DNA of 49,904 bases from positions 1 through 49,904 of the forward strand of contig DVMZ01000172.1 of NCBI GenBank assembly GCA_018714725.1, written 5' to 3'. This DNA is from Candidatus Scatosoma pullistercoris. GTDB lineage: Bacteria; Bacillota; Clostridia; Christensenellales; Borkfalkiaceae. The number at the start of each line of letters is the position of its first letter. Position 1 is the stretch's first letter. Shown here piece after piece: positions 16,595-23,438 of this stretch. Under the pieces are notes generated by a model that was given only the letters and a program-made list of their open reading frames with translations, was not told the origin of the DNA and made no database searches. The translations under genes were made by a program, and so were the position numbers.

Positions 16595-19500
16595 TCAGGC
16601 GAGGGAAATCCGATCGGAAACGGAACGCACAAACAGGCCCTTTTCTTCGCCGAGCGTAACGCAGTTGTTCACATACACGGCGAACTGATCGGTGGGTTTG
16701 GTGATGCGGAACAGATTGCAGACGATCACCATGACCTCGTCCATATACAGAGCGACTTTATCTTCCAGCGCGCTGCGGATAAGCGCCACAACCTCGTAGG
16801 GGGTGAAATCCGTCTCGTTCTTGCGGAGCGTATCGCCCGTCTCCACGCGATACTTGTCAAAACCGATGTTTTTATCCGTTTTCCGGTAATATGCCGTTCC
16901 GAAAATCCGCTCGTAACGGAACCCGCAAAGCGCGACGAGCGCCTGCATCCGCGCGTCGATCTTCGCGCCGTATTTGACGATTCCGAGGCCGGAAAGGCAC
17001 CTTCTGACGAGGAAATCGTAAGAAATGGGCTCTTCCGCCGCAACGATGGCTTTCAGCCGGGAGATGATTTCGGCATCGTTTTCTCCCGACGTGACAAAAG
17101 TGGCATTCTCAAACCGCTGTTCGAGCGCCGCCGCTTTATACGGTTTCTTACTGCGGTTGAGACCCGTGCCGCCCCGTTTGTCCGCCCCCGTCAGCTTATC
17201 GAGCAGATCTTTGATCTTTTTGATCTCGCGTTTGGGGTTGTTGTAATAGTTGATGGAATAGACGCGGACGACGTTCCAGTTGTTGCGTTTGAGCGTCTGA
17301 ATCTGCAATACGTTGCGGTCCTTGACGGAAAAGGCATTGGGGCCGTCGCACATGACCGCGAGAATAAACCGGTGACGGTTCTTGGGATCGATGACGGCGA
17401 CGTCGATCTTGAAATCGGACACGCCGACGTCGTAACGGCAGTCGTAGCCGTACGAAGCGAGCTCTTCGGCGATGTATTTGCCGATCCCCGGCTTTTTCCG
17501 GACGAGATATTCGGAAGAAATCGCCAGCGTCGTGCGGCCCTTTTCGGCAAATTCGAGGAAGGCTTTCAGCCCCGCCACGCCCTTGGAACCCGTCTTGGAC
17601 AGGTCGATCATCGCGCCCGTCATCGACGAGAAAATCACCATTTCCTCGCGGGCGCGCGAAACTGCGACGTTCAGCCGCCGCCAGCCGCCGGCCTGGTTGA
17701 GCGGACCGAAGTTCAACGAAACCCTGCCCGTCTTATCCGGCCCGTAACAGACGGAAAAGAGAATGACGTCCCGCTCGTCGCCCTGCACGTTTTCGAGGTT
17801 CTTGACGAAGATGGGCTCCTCGCGGTCGTAGGCGGGGCCGTCCAGTTTTTTCTCGGCGATCAACGCCGTCAAACGTCGTTCGATGTACTCCTTCTGCACG
17901 TTGCTGAACGTCACGATCCCGATGCTGGATTTTCTCAGCGCCGGATCGGACAAACGGCGGATGACTTCCGCCACCAGCGCGTCCCCTTCCGCCTTGTTGC
18001 GCTTGGTGAACCCGCGGTCGTACACGCCGTCCTCCACGCGCACGAATTTCACACGGCTGTCCAGCGAATCCGGCGACGGGAAGGTGCACAGCTTGTTGCC
18101 GTAGTACATGATATTGGAGAAAGCGATCAGGCTTTCGTGCTTGCTCCGGTAGTGCCAGGTCAGGTGCCGCTGCGGAATACCGAGGGCGAGGCAGTCGTCG
18201 AGAACGCTTTCCATGTCCTCGTTTTCGAGGTTGTCCTCGTCCACGTAATTGGTGTTGAAAAAGGCCGTCGGCGGCAGCTGTTTGGGGTCTCCGACGACGA
18301 TCGCGCTCTTCGCGCGGGCCAGGGAGCCGATCGCTTCCGCGGTGGGCATCTGCGAAGCCTCGTCGAAAATCACCATGTCGAACATGCCGTTTTCCGCCTG
18401 CAGATACTGCGAAACGGTGATCGGACTCATCAGCATACACGGGGCCACGACTTTCAGAAGTTCGGGAATTTCCTCAAACAGCTTGCGAAGCCCCATACCG
18501 CGCAGATTGCTCTTGGCCAGCCGCCCGAAGTTGACCACTTCGAGGCTTAAACTTCCCTCCGTGGAAGCCGTGGGCAGGCGGGAAATCAGCCGCGCGCGGA
18601 TCTCCTCCCGCGTGAGCCTTGCAAAATCGTCCAGCGCCAGGCGCAGCGATTCCGTCTCCTCTTCCATGAGCGTGGCGGAAAACCGGGACAGCAACGGATC
18701 AAGGGGTATGTTCGTCTGCAAAAAGTTTTTGTAAATATTCTTTTCAAAACTGTCGACGATGTTTTCGCTGGTCACCGACCCGTTTTCCAGCGCGTCGGTC
18801 ATGAAGGTCAGCCCCGCCTCGTTCAGCTTCTCCGCCGTCGCGCGGTACATGCACCAGTTGCCCAGCATATCGATGTTGTCGATGAGCGCGCCCGCCTTGG
18901 AAGTATAATATTCCAGAACGTCCTCTTCGGGCACTTTTTTCCGGTCCGCGGCCGTGACGGACAAAAAGCTCTCTTCCGCCGCATAGAAACTCGACACCGA
19001 GCGCAGCAGCCCTTTGAGCACCGGCCGGGTATAGCCGTTCGCCGCGCGGATACACATGCTGTTGAAACTGTCGGCGTTATAATCCATGAACAGCCGCCCG
19101 CAGATATCGTGCAAAGCGTACAGGTCGGCGAGGAATTGCTTTCTGCCGTCGAAGAAATCCACTTTCCCGAACGCGCCCGTGAAATTCCGAGACAGCCGGG
19201 TATTGGTGCGGATGCGGTCCATCGCTTCGTAAATCTCCGTCACCGTCTGCAGATGCTTGACGACATCCTCGCTCTTCATCGGCGATACGGCGACTTTCGA
19301 GAGCTTTTTTGCCACCGCCGAAGCGGTTTTATCCCGCTCGTAATCAATTCTTCCCGTGTCCAGCCAGGCGCCCAGTTCCCTGTATTCCCTGCCGATATCC
19401 ACCAGTTTCTTAAAACTTCTGAAATAGGCGTCCAGGCAGACGTCCAGCCGCTTGTTGGCATTGAAAAACGCGTAGAATTCCTCTTCGTTTTCCCGGAAAT

Positions 19501-22252
19501 ACCGGTTCAGCGTCCCGCCGTCCAGCAATTTTGCCGCTTCCGTCAGCAATTCCAGCTTTTTCCGCGTGAGCGTGCTGATCCGCTGGCGATAGAGTTCCAG
19601 AAAGAGCGCGACGTAATTTTTCAGGTGCTTGATCTCCGCGATCACGACTTCGGAGGAGCAGTAAATGGCGTCCCGCAGATCGCGCGAATATTCGGTGAGA
19701 TTGACATTGGCGAACGGGGAATTGTACACGCCGCCGCACTCTTTCGCCGCCGCGGCCGCCTGCACCATCATCGTTTCGTACTCCTCGATCTTCTCCTTTG
19801 TGAGGCTGTCGTAGAAAGTACTCTCGATGTTCATGATGTCCGGCGCGTTTTTATTGCGCAGACAGATGAGCAGCGCCTCGTACACCGATACGCCCAGACG
19901 GCGCTTTTTATGCAGGGCCGCCGACGGTTCCGCCAGGTCCTTTTTCAGCTGCGCGACGGACGCGCTCTTTTCCGAAAGACTGACGTTTTCCTGCGCCCCG
20001 GCAAGGGCCAGGGTTGCGGTGAGCTTCTGCAGCACTTCCGCTTTGTTGGTCTTGTTGGAATGCAGTTCGAGACAGAAATCCCCCAGGCCCAAAGCGTCCA
20101 GACGCTTTTTGACGACGGACAGCGCCGCCTGTTTTTCCGCAACGAACAGCACCCGTTTCCCGTCGTTGAGCGCATTTGCGATCATATTGGTGATCGTCTG
20201 GCTTTTGCCCGTTCCGGGCGGGCCGTGCAGGACAAACGTCTTGCCCGTCTGCGAAAGCGCCACCGCTTCCCATTGCGAGGAATCGGCCGGCAGGGGCATC
20301 AGCGTCTGCGCAGGCGCGCATTCGTCCTCTTTCAGTTCGACGTCCTTCGTATCGGAAATTTCGCAACGGTTGTGCAGAAGGGAAGAGATGAGTTCGTTTT
20401 TCGCGAACACGTCCATATTCTTGCGCAGGTCCTGCCACATCTGATACCGGGCGAAAGAAAAGGCCGCGATATAAACGTCGTCAAATACCTGCCAGTCCTT
20501 CATGTTGACGACTTCCATGCGGACCATCGCCAGAATTTCGGAAATTTTCAACCCCTGCACCGCGCCGTCCAGGCCGCGGATATCGATGTTGAATTCCTGT
20601 TTGAGAAATTCGAGCAGGGTGGAATTGACGGAAAATTCCTCGTCGGTGGGCGAAACGGCATACCCGACCCCGCCCTTGGCCTTTTTCAGGACGACGGGCC
20701 TGAGAACGAGCGGCGCATAGTTGACTTTGCCGTCCTCGCGCGAATACCAGCGCAAAAATCCGAGCGCGAGATAGAGAATTTTCGTTCCCGATTCCTCGTC
20801 CGCCTCTTTGCTCCGCTTGATCAGCCGGTTGACCGTCTCATTGAGGACGACCTCTTCCGAAAAGGTGCGCATGACCCCGCCCGAAACTTCCAGGGCGATG
20901 AGTTCGCGCATGCTCTTGATTTCCTGCGCCGCGCCGAAAAAGACTTTGCGGCGGGTGATTTCCGATACTGCCGCGGTGGCGCCCGCCAGCCGCATTTCAT
21001 CCTTTTCCTCCAACGCCGCCAACGTGGCGTCCGGATCGGCGGACAGGACGTGCAGGACCATCTTTTCGGGCGGGAAATTGAGCAATGTATTTTTCAGGGA
21101 AAGATCGAGCAGTCTCCGTTCCCACTGTTTGTCCTTGGTCTGTTTGCCGTCGAGGCTGAGTTTCTTCGCCTCGGTGAGCATTTTCGGCGCGGCGTCGGGA
21201 GACATATCCTCTTCCGACAGAATTTCATAGCCTTTGAGATTGCGCGCGCGGAGGGGCAACGGCCGGATATGCGCGATCCGGCAACGGCGGATGTCCACAT
21301 ATTTGTCGTAATATCCGCCCGCGTTCAGACGTTGCAGGAAATGCGCTTCCGAAGTGGAATAGGCGACGTTCTTGTCCGAAAACAGGTCGTTGATGTCAAA
21401 ACAGCTGAGATTGTTGATCCCGTCGGAAACGTATTTTCCCAGTCTCTGGATATCGTCCGACACCGTATCCATAAAACAGCTGTCATACAGCCAGACGCCG
21501 CAGGTGACTTCCTTTTCCCCCAGGACAATGACGGGATGCAGGCCGAGATTCTCGACGCAGGCCGAAAAGAGCAAAGCCAGTTCCAGCGGAGTGGCCTTGC
21601 GTTCCGCCAGCAATTTTACGCCCGCGCCCGCTTCCGTCGGAACGGAAATATCCGATTCTTTCCGCTCGAAAGCATAACGCCGGATACAGGCATACAGCGC
21701 CGCCGCCGTCTGTCTGATCGCGTTTTTGTTGTTCCCCTCATAGCCGCCGAGTTCATTTTCGACGCCCCATTTTTTCAGCTGCGCCGCGATCTCCGCTTTC
21801 AGCCGCTCGCAATCGGCGAGTTTCGGCCGCACAAAAGAAGCGAGCAATTCCGCATTTCCCGAAGTCCCCTGCCAATAATCGAACGGCAGCGCGACGACTT
21901 TCAGCCGCGCGGAAGCGAGCAGCTGCTTGTCCTTTCTGAGCTCAACGGAAATTTCCTCTTCCCGCACTTCTTCCAGGCCGACAAAGTACAGCGGGGAAAG
22001 TATGTTGCCCAGCTCCACTTCCACCGTGCTTTCAAACGGAATTTCTTCCAACGGCTTGACGCAGGACACCAAAAGTCCATGGTCGTTGGTGACGGAAAGA
22101 ATCAGATCGGCAATCGCATCCGTTCCGCCGTTCTCAATCCGAAGGGTCGTAAAAAGAGGTGCCTGCGTGAAATAATCGGCATACGACACCACTCCCAGCG
22201 CTTCCGCACTGAGCGTGATCCCGTCTTCCAGTCTCTGCTTTTTCTGTGCCAT
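16595..22252 (-). CDS. Giant (1885 aa) fusion protein: uncharacterised N-terminal module, DUF4011-like region, Upf1/DNA2-like SF1 helicase, restriction-endonuclease-like module, DUF3320-like tail
   Basis: Longest ORF in the window. DUF4011-like: WERRLLDLSLKNTLLNF, ILYLALGFLRWY, APLVLRPVVL (aa ~375-600). Helicase: GPPGTGKSQT (aa 677-686), VIFDEASQM (1294-1302), VVGDPKQLPPT (1319-1329), HYRSKHESLIAFSN, VQGDERDVILFS, RRLNVAVSRAREEM. REase-like: YGYDCRYDVGVSDFKIDVAVIDP...ILAVMCDG...WNVVRVYSINYY (aa ~1595-1685). C-terminal ~170 aa are DUF3320-like. Confidence 0.9.
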   Translation of the reverse strand: MAQKKQRLEDGITLSAEALGVVSYADYFTQAPLFTTLRIENGGTDAIADLILSVTNDHGLLVSCVKPLEEIPFESTVEVELGNILSPLYFVGLEEVREEEISVELRKDKQLLASARLKVVALPFDYWQGTSGNAELLASFVRPKLADCERLKAEIAAQLKKWGVENELGGYEGNNKNAIRQTAAALYACIRRYAFERKESDISVPTEAGAGVKLLAERKATPLELALLFSACVENLGLHPVIVLGEKEVTCGVWLYDSCFMDTVSDDIQRLGKYVSDGINNLSCFDINDLFSDKNVAYSTSEAHFLQRLNAGGYYDKYVDIRRCRIAHIRPLPLRARNLKGYEILSEEDMSPDAAPKMLTEAKKLSLDGKQTKDKQWERRLLDLSLKNTLLNFPPEKMVLHVLSADPDATLAALEEKDEMRLAGATAAVSEITRRKVFFGAAQEIKSMRELIALEVSGGVMRTFSEEVVLNETVNRLIKRSKEADEESGTKILYLALGFLRWYSREDGKVNYAPLVLRPVVLKKAKGGVGYAVSPTDEEFSVNSTLLEFLKQEFNIDIRGLDGAVQGLKISEILAMVRMEVVNMKDWQVFDDVYIAAFSFARYQMWQDLRKNMDVFAKNELISSLLHNRCEISDTKDVELKEDECAPAQTLMPLPADSSQWEAVALSQTGKTFVLHGPPGTGKSQTITNMIANALNDGKRVLFVAEKQAALSVVKKRLDALGLGDFCLELHSNKTNKAEVLQKLTATLALAGAQENVSLSEKSASVAQLKKDLAEPSAALHKKRRLGVSVYEALLICLRNKNAPDIMNIESTFYDSLTKEKIEEYETMMVQAAAAAKECGGVYNSPFANVNLTEYSRDLRDAIYCSSEVVIAEIKHLKNYVALFLELYRQRISTLTRKKLELLTEAAKLLDGGTLNRYFRENEEEFYAFFNANKRLDVCLDAYFRSFKKLVDIGREYRELGAWLDTGRIDYERDKTASAVAKKLSKVAVSPMKSEDVVKHLQTVTEIYEAMDRIRTNTRLSRNFTGAFGKVDFFDGRKQFLADLYALHDICGRLFMDYNADSFNSMCIRAANGYTRPVLKGLLRSVSSFYAAEESFLSVTAADRKKVPEEDVLEYYTSKAGALIDNIDMLGNWCMYRATAEKLNEAGLTFMTDALENGSVTSENIVDSFEKNIYKNFLQTNIPLDPLLSRFSATLMEEETESLRLALDDFARLTREEIRARLISRLPTASTEGSLSLEVVNFGRLAKSNLRGMGLRKLFEEIPELLKVVAPCMLMSPITVSQYLQAENGMFDMVIFDEASQMPTAEAIGSLARAKSAIVVGDPKQLPPTAFFNTNYVDEDNLENEDMESVLDDCLALGIPQRHLTWHYRSKHESLIAFSNIMYYGNKLCTFPSPDSLDSRVKFVRVEDGVYDRGFTKRNKAEGDALVAEVIRRLSDPALRKSSIGIVTFSNVQKEYIERRLTALIAEKKLDGPAYDREEPIFVKNLENVQGDERDVILFSVCYGPDKTGRVSLNFGPLNQAGGWRRLNVAVSRAREEMVIFSSMTGAMIDLSKTGSKGVAGLKAFLEFAEKGRTTLAISSEYLVRKKPGIGKYIAEELASYGYDCRYDVGVSDFKIDVAVIDPKNRHRFILAVMCDGPNAFSVKDRNVLQIQTLKRNNWNVVRVYSINYYNNPKREIKKIKDLLDKLTGADKRGGTGLNRSKKPYKAAALEQRFENATFVTSGENDAEIISRLKAIVAAEEPISYDFLVRRCLSGLGIVKYGAKIDARMQALVALCGFRYERIFGTAYYRKTDKNIGFDKYRVETGDTLRKNETDFTPYEVVALIRSALEDKVALYMDEVMVIVCNLFRITKPTDQFAVYVNNCVTLGEEKGLFVRSVSDRISLA

Positions 22253-22289
22253 GATCGGTTTTGCACTCCGCCTGAATAATTTCCCTTTT

Positions 22290-22318
22290 ATTATACACTT
22301 TTTTTATTGAAAAATCAA
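22290..22318 (-). promoter_or_regulatory. Predicted sigma-A-type promoter of the giant helicase gene
   Basis: Minus strand TTGATT (22318-22313), 17-nt spacer, TATAAT (22295-22290), ~38 nt upstream of the ATG at 22252. Anchored on the stop of track ORF 19109..22279. Confidence 0.55.
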
Positions 22319-22431
22319 CCCCTGCAAGGCTTTTTTCTGCGAAAGGTCCGACAAATGTCGTTTTCTCTTTTCTTCCCCGGAATCCGGCATTTTCCGCCTT
22401 AATTTTTTGCCGCTTCCCCGTTTTTTTATCT

Positions 22432-22464
22432 AAAAAATCCCCTTTCCTGTCGCCGGAAACGGGA
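22432..22464 (-). terminator. Second intrinsic-terminator-like hairpin between the XRE gene and the helicase promoter
   Basis: Arms 22438-22447 / 22455-22464 pair at 9 of 10 positions, with a 7-nt loop. The minus strand then reads UUUUUU (22437-22432). Confidence 0.4.
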
Positions 22465-22555
22465 TTGCATATCGGCTTCCTCTTCCCGCCCGCACCGACT
22501 GAAAAAACTTTTCCTCATAAAAACCGTCCGCCCTGACGCCGGCCCGGCCCAAGTC

Positions 22556-22579
22556 AAAAAAAGCGGCGCCCCCCGCGCC
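22556..22579 (-). terminator. Intrinsic terminator of the XRE gene
   Basis: 5-bp GC stem (22565-22569 / 22575-22579), C5 loop, followed on the minus strand by U7 (22562-22556). It starts 5 nt after the XRE stop. Confidence 0.5.
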
Positions 22580-22583
22580 CCTT

Positions 22584-22784
22584 CTACGTCAGAATTCCGT
22601 CAAACGTCTCATCGAAAATTTCACAGAGCTTCGCCAGCAGAAAAAAACCGGGTTCGCACACTCCCTTTTCCCAGGCGCTGATCGTCCTCTGGTCTACCCC
22701 CAACGCCCCTGCCAGCTGCTTCTGCGTCATTCCCGCACTCCGCCGCAAAGCCCTCAGATTTTCGGCAAATTTTATGGCTTTCAT
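22584..22784 (-). CDS. XRE-family helix-turn-helix transcriptional regulator (66 aa)
   Basis: MKAIKFAENLRALRRSAGMTQKQLAGALGVDQRTISAWEKGVCEPGFFLLAKLCEIFD... is a canonical HTH_3/Cro-C1 pattern. Confidence 0.9.
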   Translation of the reverse strand: MKAIKFAENLRALRRSAGMTQKQLAGALGVDQRTISAWEKGVCEPGFFLLAKLCEIFDETFDGILT

Positions 22785-22790
22785 ATGATT

Positions 22791-22799
22791 ATTTTACCA
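22791..22799 (-). promoter_or_regulatory. Extended -10 element (TGGTAAAAT) for the XRE gene, implying a leaderless or near-leaderless mRNA
   Basis: The minus strand reads TGGTAAAAT AATCAT ATG. Only 6 nt separate the -10 hexamer from the ATG. There is no SD and no good -35. Confidence 0.4.
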
Positions 22800-22810
22800 A
22801 ATTATTTGGT
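22796..22810. promoter_or_regulatory. Perfect palindrome ACCAAAT-T-ATTTGGT (candidate XRE operator 1)
   Basis: 7-bp arms overlap the XRE extended -10 element. Confidence 0.45.
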
Positions 22811-22817
22811 TTTTTAA

Positions 22818-22846
22818 TTGACATACCAAAAATATTGGTGTATAAT
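22818..22846 (+). promoter_or_regulatory. Perfect-consensus sigma-A promoter TTGACA-17-TATAAT, divergent from the XRE gene
   Basis: TTGACA 22818-22823, 17-nt spacer, TATAAT 22841-22846. Anchored on track ORF starts 22818 and 22835. Confidence 0.6.
22825..22839. promoter_or_regulatory. Palindrome ACCAA-AAATA-TTGGT (candidate XRE operator 2) inside the promoter spacer
   Basis: Same ACCAA-N5-TTGGT architecture as operator 1. It fills the spacer between the -35 and -10 of the plus-strand promoter. Confidence 0.45.
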
Positions 22847-22856
22847 AAAGAAAGTC

Positions 22857-23234
22857 ATGATACTATCGATGAAAGAACTTTTGTTTTCCAGGACAAAGAC
22901 TACACGATTCTTCATTGGTTTTCCCGTACGGCCGTCACAGGGCGTGCGGGAAATTTTTATTTTCGGGGACGAAAATCCGACCCGAAAAAAACAGAGCCGA
23001 CGCGGCAAAGCAGTAAGCGGAAAAGGATCGGAGCAGCCGGAAACAAAAAGGCGGAACGGAAACACGGCACGGACAAAAAACGCGAAACCGGTATCCGAAG
23101 CGGAAAAGCCGAAGCCGGAAACAAAACGGGTTACGGGACAGCGCAAAGCGGTCGACGGGGCAAAAGCCGCGGCGTCCGAAGCGCAGAGCCGAACGAAAAA
23201 ACGGGCGGATTCAAAAAACGCAGCCGCCGTTTGA
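22857..23234 (+). CDS. Hypothetical 125-aa protein with short N-terminal segment and long Lys/Arg/Glu/Ala-rich low-complexity tail (start uncertain)
   Basis: First ATG of track ORF 22818..23234 downstream of the consensus promoter. Tail: ...TRKKQSRRGKAVSGKGSEQPETKRRNGNTARTKNAKPVSEAEKPKPETKRVTGQRKAVDGAKAAASEAQSRTKKRADSKNAAAV. Codons (AAA, GAA, CCG, GCG, ACG, CGG) resemble those of neighbouring genes. No SD. The ATG is only ~4 nt from the predicted transcription start. Confidence 0.3.
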   Translation: MILSMKELLFSRTKTTRFFIGFPVRPSQGVREIFIFGDENPTRKKQSRRGKAVSGKGSEQPETKRRNGNTARTKNAKPVSEAEKPKPETKRVTGQRKAVDGAKAAASEAQSRTKKRADSKNAAAV

Positions 23235-23384
23235 CCGGTCATTCATGCGGCAGGCCTCTCCCGGCGTCAGCGTCGGGAACGCCTTGCTTCCGGCGTCAGA
23301 CAAAACGTGCTTTTACGGAACGGCAGGCTTCCGATCCCGTAAACCGGATGAATATGCAACAAACATCCATTTTTTATACAATTT

Positions 23385-23438
23385 TACTGAAAAATCGGTA
23401 ACGGATGCCCGCCGGCCATCATTGGTCGGCGGGCATCC
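23385..23438 (-). terminator. Intrinsic terminator of the rimP...nrnA operon
   Basis: 12-bp stem GGATGCCCGCCG (23403-23414) / CGGCGGGCATCC (23427-23438), extendable by 3-4 bp. The minus strand then reads GUUACCGAUUUUUCAG. Anchored on track ORF 23405. Confidence 0.65.

Noticed and set aside
19109-22279. Very long antisense ORFs. These include 1056 aa at 19109..22279 and 696 aa at 16460..18550 opposite the helicase. Others are 878 aa at 11007..13643, 721 aa at 24940..27105, 599 aa at 28109..29908, 552 aa at 30162..31820 and 570 aa at 43106..44818.
   Set aside because: Each lies exactly opposite a confidently identified gene. Their translations are Arg/Gly/Pro/His-rich low-complexity strings with no recognisable motifs or SD sequences. 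Such mirror ORFs are expected in GC3-rich coding DNA.
22465-22555. 28-codon minus-strand ORF (MRKSFFSRCGREEEADMQSRFRRQERGFFR) between the two terminators.
   Set aside because: It has no SD and no promoter. It runs through the terminator hairpin and its composition is arbitrary.
22814-23242. 142-aa minus-strand ORF antisense to the Lys-rich ORF, with a GGGAGAGG box 12 nt upstream of its ATG.
   Set aside because: It is Phe/Ala/Ser/Arg-rich with AT-ending codons (TTT, GCT, CGT) atypical for this genome. It would run through the XRE control region and the plus-strand frame fits local codon usage better.
23261-23299. Recurring 10-mer CCGGCGTCAG (23261, 23290, 12451 on plus; ~22535 on minus), considered as a REP-like intergenic element.
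   Set aside because: The same 10-mer, and a 13-mer extension, also occurs inside the membrane-protein CDS near 41111. It is built from very common GC-rich words and its flanks are not conserved, so it is probably compositional.
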